From contig JAUPSS010000001.1 in NCBI GenBank assembly GCA_040285825.1, positions 1,488,001 through 1,552,000 of the forward strand: a stretch of 64,000 nt of DNA, read 5' to 3'. Made by a program: the position numbers and the translations under genes. Source of the stretch: Eukaryota sp. TZLM1-RC (Eukaryota; Protista; Metamonada: BaSk clade). This document shows, in pieces, positions 38,252-51,529 of the stretch (position 1 is its first letter; each line of letters begins with the position of its first letter). The notes beneath the pieces were generated by a model. It was given only the letters and a program-made list of their open reading frames with translations. It did no database searches and was not told the origin of the DNA.

Positions 38252-38755
38252 TTATTCTAAAAAAATCATATTTGAGGGACGTATCCTGTTAATTCTTTGA
38301 TATATGGGCGCGTTATTGTAGGCAGTGCCATCAGAGGGAATAACAATTTGTAGTACAACAAGAATGAAATCAATAAAGGTGCCAATAACAAACCCCCCAA
38401 ATGTAACCAGCTTCATAACAGCTAGTGTTGGATATCCTAAGTAAAGGCGATCCCCTCCAAATATACCGGAAAAGATAGAGAAACCCAGAGCCCTGAAGTA
38501 GGACTTGGAATGTGCATATCGGCAGGGGAAAGACACTTCAAAAGTGCGAGATCCATCGCAATGGACAGCATCAAAAACTGTGCAGTTGGTGAGGTAGAAG
38601 TTGCCTCGTTGACAGTTGATGGGTTGGTATGTGGAGTTGGATAGGTGAGGTGGTTCGCATTGATATTGGTAGGAGTCAACAGAGGAGCATTGTCGGAATG
38701 CAGATACTGATATTGAAAGTGTTGATAGAATGAGTATGGTGTTGAGAAGATTCAT
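38252..38755 (-). CDS. TM2-domain-containing protein
   Basis: Signal peptide, Cys-rich ectodomain, SIFSGIFGGDRLYLGY...KLVTFGG...DFIL TM2 signature. Confidence 0.9.
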   Translation of the reverse strand: MNLLNTILILSTLSISVSAFRQCSSVDSYQYQCEPPHLSNSTYQPINCQRGNFYLTNCTVFDAVHCDGSRTFEVSFPCRYAHSKSYFRALGFSIFSGIFGGDRLYLGYPTLAVMKLVTFGGFVIGTFIDFILVVLQIVIPSDGTAYNNAPIYQRINRIRPSNMIFLE

Positions 38756-39689
38756 TGTTACAGATATTGTTTAAAACAACGAAAAGTAACCTTTGCAATG
38801 CGAGAAAGTGGTTGAGTGTTTGAAATGAAAATAAGCATTTGCCTTACTTCTTTTGTTGTTGTTAATATAAATCAGTCTGAAGCACTACAAAGAAAGGAGA
38901 CGAATAAGAAAGAAGAAGCCGTTAGGATGGAATAATGATCCAATACAGTATTATCTTTGTTCTCATTTCCTTAGTTTAAAGCCAGTATTTTAAACATAAT
39001 TTGTGGTGGAGCGGTTCTGTTTTTTTGTCTTGTAGACTGCTGAATGGTCTATTCAAGCTTGTTCACGATGTATATTATATTCATAGTATAGAGGCCTAAG
39101 AACACCAACAATTAGGCTTTTGAATTATATGTGTTTCCGGCATTCACATGCCTGAATTTTAGATAACAAATTTTTTTCCTTTATCTGGCCTGATAATAAC
39201 ATCATAATTCAATTTATAAATGTAGTCGGACAATTACAATTACTTTATTAAAAAAGCATAAACATTTGATTACCTACTACTTTGCGTTTTTTGGCAGATT
39301 GAAGAGAAGAATTTGGTCAGGTGGGGAAGAATCAAACTTTAACAAACTATTTTGTCAGAAGGAAACTACTTCTTTTGTCTTCAACGAACGTTGAAGAAGT
39401 TACTGTTGCAAAGCTTTATTTTGTGTCTCACTTTGGGATCAGCATTTGGTTATTTTGTTTTGGAAACAATGGAATAACATGATCGTGATTTATCAATTAC
39501 TGAGCAGATTATGTAATTGATTATTGAAATTATTTACTTGCAAAACAATCACAGTAAAATCAAAAGAAGTGAAATACTAACACAAATAAGATTACAAAAT
39601 CCATGATTATATCTACGTGCAAAGAACTAAACAAGTCTATGGATAAAAACTTGTTACATTTGAAGTTTTTGAGAGTTCAAACATCATTC

Positions 39690-39990
39690 CATTTGGAATG
39701 ATTGGTACTGGCGCAAGCGTCTCTTGCATCTCCGAGAAGTTACTGAAGAATGCTAACCTGACTGTTACCAAGGAAACATTGTCATGACTCTTATTTGTCA
39801 TCATTTCTACAGATCAAACACCTAACATTATTCTGCGACCACAACAACCTATCCAATTCTTTCTCATGTCCTGCTTCCAATTGTGTCATACTCCGTTGGA
39901 TTCCAGTCCTCCAGTCGTTTTCATTTGACTACGTCCATATAGATGGACCAAGTAATCATTGGGCCGATTACCTATCAAAATCCCTGCAGA
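39690..39990 (+). pseudogene. Ty3/gypsy pol remnant (protease fused by deletion to the RNase H end)
   Basis: MIGTGASVSCIS (degenerate DTGA) followed directly by LFCDHNNL...RW...L.SFSF...HI.G.SNHWADYLS. Confidence 0.7.
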
Positions 39991-41199
39991 ATAAGGAAAG
40001 CCGAACCGATGAAGAGGAGAAAAACCAGAAGTGCCAGAGCAAAAAGTTCTAAAGTAAACGCCTTGATCACCATTGAAATGGAGGAACTCCCTTTCACCAA
40101 GTCCTAGGTTATGGCACTGGAAAATGATATAGAAGACTGCAAGCTGGACTCCATTCTGCTCTCTACAAGAATCTATGATGCATACGAACCCATATAAGAC
40201 AACAAACACAATTAAAAATTTTGTGTTCATTTTGAAGAACTTGAAAAGAGAGGAATTATTTGACTACATCAACTAAAAGCAATTTGTTGAAGCAGTTGCA
40301 AGAATAGTGATAAAACAGTAAGCAAACCGCAGTGTTGTCATGAACGCGAACTAATAAATATGGATGTGGCTGGGTGCAGTTCATAGTATTGATAATTCGA
40401 AAAGCAATAATGGTAGAAATGCAAAAGACTAAAAGGAAAATTCCAATCAAACCATATGTTCTAAAAATGAAGCTAGAATAAGTGGTAATGCAAGACCTTA
40501 GTGTCTGAATTAGTAGATAGTGTTTGTAATTATTCCGCAAGAATATTGATCGAGTACTTACTAGGATTTTTCCACAAATAATAAAATATTACCAAAGATA
40601 GCGCCAATTTTCATTAATGATCAATCTCATGAGTGAAGTATTTTCATTGCAGCAAAATAAAAAACAAGACGATGCAGCACTACTTTTTATGTGTTGTTGC
40701 AATGAGCTTCTTGAACGTTTCTTCATTTGGCACCCCACAAACAGAATCACCTAAAGGCTGCATCAAACACTTCCTTCATTGCTCTCATTGTGTGTATTTG
40801 ATCATCTGTCTACAAGAATGTTAGATCTAGAGCTAATCTTTGCATTGGGTCAAAGTACCCAATATACGCTTTCAGTTTTTTGATTTAAAATTTCGGTAGT
40901 GCTGAGTTAGTAAATAGGAATAGTAAAAATTTTAGGCACAGAATATTAATGTACGTAAGACATTTGGAGCTTCAAACAGGAAACACTAAAGGTTGCCTGC
41001 TAACGTCAAGACCTAGAATAACAGAACCTCAGTGACTCAAAGGAAATTTTTTTGATGGTTATAACGTAATTCAACATGTTATTTCTATGTGTTCAAAAAA
41101 TTATTTTCCAACAATGAAAGAATAAACAATGATTTTATTCATTTCCAAATTTCAAAAAATGCAAGGGTTTTGTTCAAAAAAAATTATGAAAACAGTCAA

Positions 41200-41570
41200 T
41201 TTTATTCATTTAATAAGAAATATGAAAACATAAACTAAACAACTAAACTCCACATCCTCAAAGCCCGCCTCCCTTACATCAAAACAATCAATTGCCAAAG
41301 ATTCAGAAAATCTATCAAAAGAAAAGAGTGAATCAGAAATTGGTTTTACCATTCCTTTAAAACTATATTTATTGAACATGCACACTTAATTAAATTAACT
41401 CATAACTAATGGGACGACTATCATTGAACCAGGATTTCCTCTTCAAAATCTTCATCTGCTTGCTGTCTAGCTAAAGCTCCTCTTATTCGATTGAACAACT
41501 GGTAAACTATGAATAATGGCAAATTGAATTCGAGAACTCCATAAAAATATATCAAATCTTTTCATTGTTT
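41200..41570 (-). mobile_element. Adjacent 3'-end fragments of CRE-like families A (~41200-41360) and C (~41365-41570)
   Basis: Match to the 3' ends at 46930-47050 and 45500-45710. Confidence 0.75.
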
Positions 41571-41574
41571 TTTC

Positions 41575-44500
41575 CAATTTTTTTCCTTCCTCTACATAAA
41601 ACCGCTTAACTTAAAACCTGGCTGAACTGTGACCATTGCTTCTATTCTTTCTTGTTGATGCCTGAATCAGTTTCTGATTCTAATGGTGTCAAAAGAAAGA
41701 ACGATAGACAACAAGATGCTCAAGACGTCCCTTCCACTTCTCCTCCTCAACCTCTTCTCTCTTCATTTTTGGACAAAAAATTTCTGATCAAGAATTTTTA
41801 GAACATCACGATGAAAACAAAGTTTGTTCAAAAACGAAGCCACGCTCCTACAGATGCTCAAAGTGTCGACAACAGGGACATAATGCTCGAACATGCCCCA
41901 ATGTTGGAAAAAATGATGCGGCAAATTCTGAAACAAAATGTAAAAGAAAATTGATTAGAAGGAAAGAGTCTAAGGCAGAACCAATAAATAATACTCCACA
42001 AGTTGTTGCAAAACCAGTTAGCAATCGATTGAAGCACAAAACTTGCAACAATTGTGGTATTTCTTTTAGAAAAAATGCAAAAGGAAAAACTTCTGATCGA
42101 TTCTTGAAATGCCGCATAGTTGATAACTACCATCCTCCCATAAGAATACCTCAAGAAATTCATCCGTCAAAAGGCAATGAATTTGCTTTCGTTTTTAAAA
42201 GATTTTTGGATCAATTATGTAAAGGAAAGTATGCTATCAGTATTCTTTGGGAATTCTATGGTTCTTTTGGTCCTCCTTTTGAAAAAAATTTTCGTAAATA
42301 ATTCCGAAGATTTAACTAATATAGCACCTAATTATTAATTAATCTTTGACACCTTTACCCTTGAATCTTCTTCTGGTGTCAAACAAGGTGATCCTCTTGG
42401 TCCATTGCTTTTTTGTTTGGCTATTCATAATACTATTGAATTGACCCAGAAAGAATTCCCTGAGTTACGTATTGTTGCTTAAATGGATGACATTTCGATT
42501 ATTGGTTCTTATGAAAGCATTTGTAGGGTTTCGGAAGGCATTGCTGCGAAATACAAAGACATTGGATTAGCCTTGAATCCCACAAAATGTCTCTTGATTG
42601 GAAGAACAAAACAATCTCTATTGATTGATGATGTTCAAATTCCTTTCATTAATTATGAACAACAAGCGTTCAAGTTTCTTGGATGTTGGTTAGGTAATTT
42701 GGATGAAATTTATTCCCAATTGAACAATTTATTGGAAAATTTTGACAAGGATCTTAGTTTTATTGCTGAATTTGATATTGAAAAACACATCAAATTTTTC
42801 ATTTTAAAAATTTGTTATTCTGGAAAATTCACTCATATTTTAAGGTCAACTCTTCCTTCAGTGTCTCTTGATTTTTGTAGATCCTTCAACAAACTTCGGG
42901 TCAAATTTTTTTCCTCATTATTGGAGGTAAATGAATCTTTAATTCGAAGTCATGTTTTTTGTTCTGCTGATTTAGGTGGAATTGGTTTCACGAAATCTTC
43001 GATTTTATGTAAAGCAGCTTTTTTAGGAGGTGGAAAAAATTTTGTTTTTGAATTTTTTCAAAGGTTTCCTTGTGATGTTCATCTGATCCATGGTGAATCA
43101 AATTTTTATTTGAATCAACTTCAAATCGAATTAGATAATTTGCCTAGTGATATCTGAATTCAGTGTTTTCCTCAAAATGTTCAAGAAATTCCCACCCGAT
43201 CATTTCCAAATTTACGTTTTTGCTTGAAAAAGCTTCAGCACCATCTGGTTAAATTATATGAAGGCTTGGATTATGAAGTAAGACTTGGCTTGGCCAAAAC
43301 TAAAAATCCCGCTTTCGGTAATTGTTTAAAGGATATTCGTGATAGTTCTGCTGCTGCTTTAGTAACTCAAGTTCCCTCTGTTTATGGACTTTTGTTAAAA
43401 AACAATGAATGGCTTCTAAACATGCGTTTTCGTTGTTTTCTGTGGCCAAACAATTTGCCCAATCATTTAACTTGTAAATGTGGTAAACCTCTTTTGTTTA
43501 CTCATCTTTTGAACTGTAAACATTTCATTACGTTTAGAAGCAAAGTGCATAATAACGTCAGGGACCAAATTTATGTAATGTGCAAATCATATCTAGTAGA
43601 TTCCTTTTTAGAACCGCTGTTATCAAAATTAATTCTTGATGATCCCAATATTGATAGTACGCGTTACAACAGAGCTTCTATGGGTCTGACAAGAGGTGAT
43701 CTAGTTGTTCCTGGTTTAAATGGTAGTTTTACTATTTTGGACGCCATGTCTATTGACCCTTGTAATTCCTCTAACGAACATCTCATTAACTCGGATGTAA
43801 ATAATCCTCTTCTTGCAGGCGAAAAATATAAAATTGCTAAATAAGCGAAACCCATTTCCTCGGTTAACGAAAATTCTCATGCCCAATAAAATTTATGTCC
43901 CTTTGTTTTTTCTTTGCTTGGATCTCTAGGTAAGGCTGCTATGGCTTTCCTTGAGGACTTTGTTGTAGTTGTAAAGGAAAGAACTGGAAGAATTTTCAAT
44001 TGTGTTTACTGGCACAACAGGATTGTATTTTCTATTTTTAAGGGAATGGTAAAACTAATTTCTGATTCACTATCTTCTTTTGGGAAATTTTCTGAATCTT
44101 TAGCAATTAATTGTTTTGATGTAGGGGAGGCAGGTTTTGAGGATGTGGAGTTTTAATTGTGTATTTCATATTTGTTGTTGAATAAAAATAAAAATTTTTA
44201 CGTAAAAAAAATATAGCACGGAGAAATCAGTCATCCGAGAAATTAAGTAAAATTTTTGAAGACAAATGCTGTGACAACAAATGGTCCAAGGCTTTGTCAG
44301 CTTTAAGTCCCGGAGTTAAAGCACCCAACAATCAAAATACAATAGATAAACTAAAAATTCTTCATCCTTATGAAGACCCTATAATGAATCAAAATTTTTA
44401 CGGCACATACTGGGAAAATTATCCATTCATGTCATCAGAAGTTTTTTCGGTGATAAAAAAGAGACCACGCGGTAAGTCTGCCGGACTTTCTGGTATTACT

Positions 44501-44684
44501 ATTGATCATGTAAAAGCCGCAATTATTTCTTCAGAGGATTGTTTTGGTTTATTAACCAAATTTTTCAACAAAATATTGACTGGACAACTGAGATATCCAG
44601 ATGAATTAAGAAGTTCTCGTTTGACTGCACTTGTCAAAAATTCAAAAATGGATGTTCGTCCTATAGCACTCTCTGAGAGCAGTC
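41575..44684 (+). mobile_element. Composite: CRE-like element 5' half (probably family C; zinc knuckle, pre-RT region) carrying a nested dead family-A insert (42328-44209)
   Basis: CSKCRQQGHNARTC knuckle. The host frame DLTNIA|RRNQSSEK is split by the TSD AATATAGCAC (42318-42327 / 44210-44219). The A insert has YMDD mutated to *MDD and further stops. Confidence 0.88.
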
Positions 44685-45065
44685 TTCCGAGAAGGATTCA
44701 TTTCTATAAGACTTACAGATACAATATAATCGGTTTTTTACAGCATCGTGAACCTTGCTTCTAAAAGTAATACAATGTTTACAATTTAACAAATGAGTAA
44801 TTGTAATTTTTTCGAGAACTCTTACAAATTATATTATCAGGTAAATTATCAGGCCAGATAAAGGAACGAAATCTCATATTCAAAGTCCAAGCAGAATCAG
44901 TTAAGAGAGTACCATAAACTTGAGGAATTGTGGTTACTAAGGCAGAAGAAGTACTATCACACATATCTTGTAAAAGATTTGCAAAAGCGGGATTCTTTCC
45001 CTTGGCCAAGCCAAGTCTAACATCAAACTCCAAGCTTTCAAAAATCTTTAACAATTTTTGTTGAA
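44685..45065 (-). mobile_element. CRE-like family D fragment
   Basis: FDVRLGLAK..NPAFANLLQDM...TTIPQVYG; mirror of 60920-61304. Confidence 0.8.
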
Positions 45066-45496
45066 ATTTTTGTAGGAGAAAGTTTTGTTGATGAGGAATA
45101 AAGCATACAGAACTTACATGTCAAGAAGTGCTTCAAATGGGGGCTTTCTTACGTGGAACCAAACGTGTCCAGTAGAGCCAATGTAACATATTCCTAACCA
45201 GCAGTACTGGCTCCTGTCAGTACCGGATTCCTTAGAAGACCAGTTATTGTCAGCAAATGGGGTCAGCTTGTAGATAATGTCCACTATTGAGTAAATTATG
45301 GAATACTAGTGGAACTGGATACGAATGCAGCAAAAGGTACCAAACAGATTATACAATTACTGTTGTCGGGATAATAAGGGATTTGTGGTGTTGAACAAAT
45401 AAAGCTGTAGTAACAGATGACACCCATTGACAGTTGCCATATACGTTTGATCTATTTGAAACGGATTTGAAATTTGTAAACGTGTACCCAATTGTT

Positions 45497-48400
45497 TTTA
45501 TATTTATTGAATTTGCACACTTGATTAAATTAAATCATAACTAATGGGACGACTATCATTAAACCAAGATTTCCTCTACAAAATCTTGATTTGCTTGCTG
45601 TCTAGCTAAAGCTTCTCTAATTCGATTGAAAAACCGCGGTAATCTATTAATAATGGCAAATTGAATCTGTGAACGCCATAAAAAAATATCAAATCTTTTC
45701 ATTGTTTTTTCTTTCACCATTTTTTGGAAGTCATCCAAAAAAGTTTCTGCTTCAACTGATAATCTTCCATTTATCGAAAATGGGAAAGCAATAAAAACCA
45801 GCTGTGTATTTCTATCGACATTTGCATCTTCAATTTCTTTATCATATTTTCTATGTTTTTCTTTTGCTTTAAAATCCAGAGCAACCACAGGATTAAGTTT
45901 TCTTCTGTGAACCAAAGTATCGTTTGCAACATTACATGAGACAAAGTCAACAATAGCTTCAGAATTATCAATCCAATCACAGTATACATCACCTCTATCA
46001 TCAGAACCAAAATTATTCAGAGAAAGTGTTTCCTTCAGCAGGGGCTCTTTGATACACGATATCCTTGCAGTTTGTGCCATATTGAAAACAGTGTCTCTAA
46101 CAGCATCATGTAATGAAGAACGATAAGTTATCAATTTAGAGCAATTTAGAGCATGGCGCAAAGTGAGTTGAGGTGAATTCGAACAAATACATTTTTCTTT
46201 TGATAATAATTGGTTAATGGGGATGTTCAAATATAATCTCATTTTTGTTACAAATGCTTCATTAGTTAAATGATTCATTTTGACGAAATAAGACATCAGT
46301 AGCAAAAATCGCCATCTGTAGTATTTATACCATATTGAAAGGGTAATAAAATCTTTTTAGCTTTTTCATTGAACCTGCTTAAGCAACACGCAGAAAAAAT
46401 ATTGTGTAAGCTCTCAGAGACTGCAATAGGACGAACATCCATTTTTGAATTTTTGACAAGTGCAGTCAAACGAGAACTTCTTAATTCTTCTGGGTATTTG
46501 CGTTGACCAGATAATATTTGGTTGAAAAATTTGGTCAATAAACCAAGGCAATCTTCTGAAGAAATAATCGCGGCTTTTACATGATCAATAGTAATACCAG
46601 AAAGTCCGGCAGACTTACCACGAGGTCTCTTTTTGATAACCGAAAAAACTTCTGATGGCATCAATGGATAATTTTCCCAGTATGTGCCGTAAAAATTTTG
46701 ATCCATTATAGGGTCTTCATAAGGATGAAGTATTTTCAGTTTATCCATTGTATTTTCATTGTTCGGTGCTTTGACTCCGGGACTTAAAGCTGACAAAGCC
46801 TTGGACCATTTGTTGTCAAAGCATTTGTCTTCAAAAATTTTACTTAATTTCTCGGATGACTGATTTCTCCGTGCTATATTTTTTTTACGTAAAAATTTTT
46901 ATTTTTATTCAACAACAAATATGAAATACACAATTAAAACTCCACATCCTCAAAACCTGCCTCCCCTACATCAAAACAATTAATTGCTAAAGATTCAGAA
47001 AATTTCCCAAAAGAAGATAGTGAATCAGAAATTAGTTTTACCATTCCCTTAAAAATAGAAAATACAATCCTGTTTTGCCAGTAAACACGATTGAAAATTC
47101 TTCCAGTTCTTTCCTTTACAACTACAACAAAGTCCTCAAGGAAAGCCATAGCAGCCTTACCTAGAGATCCAAGCAAAGAAAAAACAAAGGGACATAAATT
47201 ATATTGGGCATGAGAATTTTCATTAACCGAGGAAATGGGTTTCGCTTATTTAGCAATTTTATATTTTTCGCCTGCAAGAAGAGGATTATTTACATCCGAG
47301 TTAATGAGATGTTCGTTAGAGGAATTACAAGGGTCAATAGACATGGCGTCCAAAATAGTAAAACTACCATTTAAACCAGGAACAACTAGATCACCTCTTG
47401 TCAGACCCATAGAAGCTCTGTTGTAACGCGTACTATCAATATTGGGATCATCAAGAATTAATTTTGATAACAGCGGTTCTAAAAAGGAATCTACTCGATA
47501 TGATTTGCACATTACATAAATTTGGTCCCTGACGTTATTATGCACTTTGCTTCTAAACGTAATGAAATGTTTACAGTTCAAAAGATGAGTAAACAAAAGA
47601 GGTTTACCACATTTACAAGTTAAATGATTGGGCAAATTGTTTGGCCACAGAAAACAACGAAAACGCATGTTTAGAAGCCATTCATTGTTTTTTAACAAAA
47701 GTCCATAAACAGAGGGAACTTGAGTTACTAAAGCAGCAGCAGAACTATCACGAATATCCTTTAAACAATTACCGAAAGCGGGATTTTTAGTTTTGGCCAA
47801 GCCAAGTCTTACTTCATAATCCAAGCCTTCATATAATTTAACCAGATGGTGCTGAAGCTTATTCAAGCAAAAACGTAAATTTGGAAATGATCGGGTGGGA
47901 ATTTCTTGAACATTTTGAGGAAAACACTGAATTCAGATATCACTAGGCAAATTATCTAATTCGATTTGAAGTTGATTCAAATAAAAATTTGATTCACCAT
48001 GGATCAGATGAACATCATAAGGAAACCTTTGAAAAAATTCAAAAACAAAATTTTTTCCACTTCCTAAAAAAGCTGCTTTACATAAAATCGAAGATTTCGT
48101 GAAACCAATTCCACCTAAATCAGCAGAACAAAAACCATGACTTCGAATTAAAGATTCATTTACCTCCAATAATGAGGAAAAAAAATTTGACCCGAAGTTT
48201 GTTGAAGGATCTACAAAAATCAAGAGACACTGAAGGAAGAGTTGACCTTAAAATATGAGTGAATTTTCCAGAATAACAAATTTTTAAAATGAAAAATTTG
48301 ATGTGTTTTTCAATATCAAATTCAGCAATAAAACTAAGATCCTTGTCAAAATTTTCCAATAAATTGTTCAATTGGGAATAAATTTCATCCATAATTACCT

Positions 48401-49521
48401 AACCAACATCCAAGAAACTTGAACGCTTGTTGTTCATAATTAATGAAAGGAATTTGAACATCATCAATCAATAGAGATTGTTTTGTTCTTCCAATCAAGA
48501 GACATTTTGTGGGATTCAAGGCTAATCCAATGTCTTTGTATTTCGCAGCAATGCCTTCCGAAACCCTACAAATGCTTTCATAAGAACCAATAATCGAAAT
48601 GTCATCCATTTAAGCAACAATACGTAACTCAGGGAATTCTTTCTGGGTCAATTCAATAGTATTATGAATAGCCAAACAAAAAAGCAATGGACCAAGAGGA
48701 TCACCTTGTTTGACACCAGAAGAAGATTCAAGGGTAAAGGTGTCAAAGATTAATTAATAATTAGGTGCTATATTAGTTAAATCTTCGGAATTATTTACGA
48801 AATTTTGTTCAAAAGGAGGACCAAAAGAACCATAGAATTCCCAAAGAATACTGATAGCATACTTTCCATTACATAATTGATCCAAAAATCTTTTAAAAAC
48901 GAAAGCAAATTCATTGCTTTTTGACGGATGAATTTCTTGAGGTATTCTTATGGGAGGATGGTAGTTATCAACTATGCGGCATTTCAAGAATCGATCAGAA
49001 GTTTTTCCTTTTGCATTTTTTCTAAAAGAAATACCACAATTGTTGCAAGTTTTGTGCTTCAATCGATTGCTAACTGGTTTTGCAACAACTTGTGGAGTAT
49101 TATTTATTGGTTCTGCCTTAGACTCTTTCCTTCTAATCAATTTTCTTTTACATTTTGTTTCAGAATTTGCCGCATCATTTTTTCCAACATTGGGGCATGT
49201 TCGAGCATTATGTTCTTGTTGTCGACACTTTGAGCATCTGTAGGAGCGTGGCTTCGTTTTTGAACAAACTTTGTTTTCATCGTGATTGTCTAAAAATTCT
49301 TGATCAGAATTTTTTTTGTCCAAAAATGAAGAGAGAAGAGGTTGAGGAGGAGAGGTGGAAAGGACGTCTTGAGCATCTTGTTGACTATCGTTCTTTCTTT
49401 TGACTCCATTAGAATCAGAAACTGATTCAGGCATCAACAAGAAAGAATAGAAGCAATGATCTCGGTTCAGCCAGGTTTTAAGTTAAACGGTTATATGTAG
49501 AGGAAGAAAAAAAAGAAAAAA
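45497..49521 (-). mobile_element. TSD-bounded non-autonomous composite: internally deleted family-C element with nested family-A insert (46881-48764)
   Basis: Outer TSD ACCCAATTGTT (45486-45496 / 49522-49532), with the empty site at 60492-60502; inner TSD GTGCTATATT (46871-46880 / 48765-48774); RT core deleted at ~46300; AATAAA and A-tail at ~45497-45508. Confidence 0.92.
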
Positions 49522-49781
49522 ACCCAATTGTTCAATTGAAATTTTTACATTTCTTGGAAAAATCATTTTTCTCTTCCAAAAATCTTAACATAGGCTCACA
49601 CATCAACACTCATGAGCCAATCTCACCAAATACCTGTATGTCACAATCGAATCTTTACACCAGCAGCAATCTTGTCCTTCACTACAGTTTGAGCAACCAC
49701 CAATTGTATGATCAAAGAATGGACTAACCAAAGTACAATGTTCCTGTTCAACCGATCTATGATCCACCAAAGAAAAGGGGA

Positions 49782-51320
49782 ATGGCACTGCTACTCGTTG
49801 CTGGTATTGGACTATTAGTGATAGGTGCAATTGTGGTATTTGTTCTTAGCTTGTCCGGTGAAAATTCATCCAATGTATCCGATTACTTCCCAATCTCAGG
49901 AACTGTGTCAGTGGAAGACCAATCCTTGGCAGCTGATGTTACTGTTCGTATCTTGAACTCTCAAGAAGAAGAATCTACCCAAACCACTAATGGCAAGTTT
50001 GAAGTGGTACTTTTTGCCAGACCATATGATGATGCAGAAATAACCGTCTCAGTTCATGATGACTGTTTTCAATCAGCAAAACTCACTGAAACAGTTGAAT
50101 GGGCACAAGGATTGTCCATTCGTCCCAAACCAGCATCTAAAGAGTTTGAAGTGTCAGGAACAGTCTACTTTGATGGTTCACCTTCATCCAACGCTAGGGT
50201 CTCGGTTCAAGCTACTGAAGGGTCTTCACAACAAAGGAGCCAAACTACTGACTCTTCTGGAAGATTCAGCATTCCTGTTGATGGATACTGCAATTCTGAT
50301 TTTGACGTTACTGTCACTGCTAATGATGATTCCTTTGATGATAAATTGCTTACTGTCTCCATGGATGATCGTCAAGATGTAGACATAGCAGTGATTAAGA
50401 CCTACACTGTTACTGGAACATTGACTTTATGGGGTACAAGCACTAATGTTGTTGACGTACGTCTTATTGACTCTGCAGGTACCAGTCAGGAAGTCACTCC
50501 AAACCTTCATGGTCGGTACACCTTCTATAATGTTGCAAAAGGATCAGGCAAAATTGGTACTCATCCTTATTGGGATGCCACTAGTCGTGAAATTCACGTT
50601 GGTCACGACACGAACTTTGACATTGATAGGGAATATGTCAACATTGAAATTACCATGAAAGTTCAGCAAAGCGGTTCACCTGTACCTGGTGCCATGATTA
50701 TCTTCAATGAACAATATTATATTGTTACTGGTGCTGATGGAATCCAAAAATGGCACGCTGGGCTCATTCCAGGAGCCTCGTATACAATCACTGTTTATGG
50801 CCAACGTCACATGCCCATTACTACTAAGTTTGTCATTGGTGAAGATCCTACAGTAACCTTTGATCTTACCCCAGCTTCCATCGAGTTCACCCATAGTGGT
50901 GATGTTGTTGCTATTGATTTTGCAAACAGCGACTGGTATGATTCTTCCTCACTACACTCTGAATGGTCTGATGTTGCCTTTTGTCAAGATAGAACAATTT
51001 ACTGGGATGACTGTGGAAGTTCTATGAATAATGTCAATTGTGGCACCCATATACAAGATTTGTCATTTAAACTTCTACCAGACTGGACTAGAGCACTTGA
51101 TTTTACAGGTGAACGACACACAATTGGAGGACAGCAGTGTGTTGAGGTGAAATGGGAGGAAGAAAACACTGTTCACCATTATTGGTGTTTATCATTTGAA
51201 AACCACAATCTTAGATACCACCGCAGAGAACGCAGTTGGGGTATATGGAGCACAGCAGAAGAGCTCCATTTCAGAAGTCATGCTTATTATAGTTATTATA
51301 CCAAATGGATATATTGTTGA
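49782..51320 (+). CDS. 512-aa membrane-anchored or secreted protein with repeated beta-sandwich (carboxypeptidase-regulatory/transthyretin-like) modules, copy 1
   Basis: N-terminal hydrophobic helix; repeated (I/V)SGTV...TTDSSGRFS / G.Y.F..V..G / G.PVPGA motifs; W/C/Y-rich C-terminal domain. Confidence 0.85.
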   Translation: MALLLVAGIGLLVIGAIVVFVLSLSGENSSNVSDYFPISGTVSVEDQSLAADVTVRILNSQEEESTQTTNGKFEVVLFARPYDDAEITVSVHDDCFQSAKLTETVEWAQGLSIRPKPASKEFEVSGTVYFDGSPSSNARVSVQATEGSSQQRSQTTDSSGRFSIPVDGYCNSDFDVTVTANDDSFDDKLLTVSMDDRQDVDIAVIKTYTVTGTLTLWGTSTNVVDVRLIDSAGTSQEVTPNLHGRYTFYNVAKGSGKIGTHPYWDATSREIHVGHDTNFDIDREYVNIEITMKVQQSGSPVPGAMIIFNEQYYIVTGADGIQKWHAGLIPGASYTITVYGQRHMPITTKFVIGEDPTVTFDLTPASIEFTHSGDVVAIDFANSDWYDSSSLHSEWSDVAFCQDRTIYWDDCGSSMNNVNCGTHIQDLSFKLLPDWTRALDFTGERHTIGGQQCVEVKWEEENTVHHYWCLSFENHNLRYHRRERSWGIWSTAEELHFRSHAYYSYYTKWIYC

Positions 51321-51529
51321 ATGTAGAACAATAGTGACAATCATGCATACAGAAATAACCTATTGTAACCTATTTTAATCAAACATCCAGAAACTCCATC
51401 ACTTTTCCAAATTCTCAAAACAGTTTTGTATATTTAAACAATATTTGGGTAAATTTTGACAAATTGTATTTGAAAAACCCGTTAGCTGCGTGTTACTTCT
51501 GTAGATATTTTTTAATTCTGTCTTCTACT

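Noticed and set aside
41575-49521. Three-family template-switch chimera with an internally deleted family-A element
   Set aside because: The AATATAGCAC duplication and the restored reading frame show a simple nested A insertion in one host element.
29158-49727. TAA/TAG reassignment (stop to Gln), suggested by isolated in-frame TAA codons
   Set aside because: The 2441-aa TOR and 1019-aa kinase have no internal stops, and conserved genes end at TAG or TAA at the expected positions. The other in-frame stops lie in decayed TEs.
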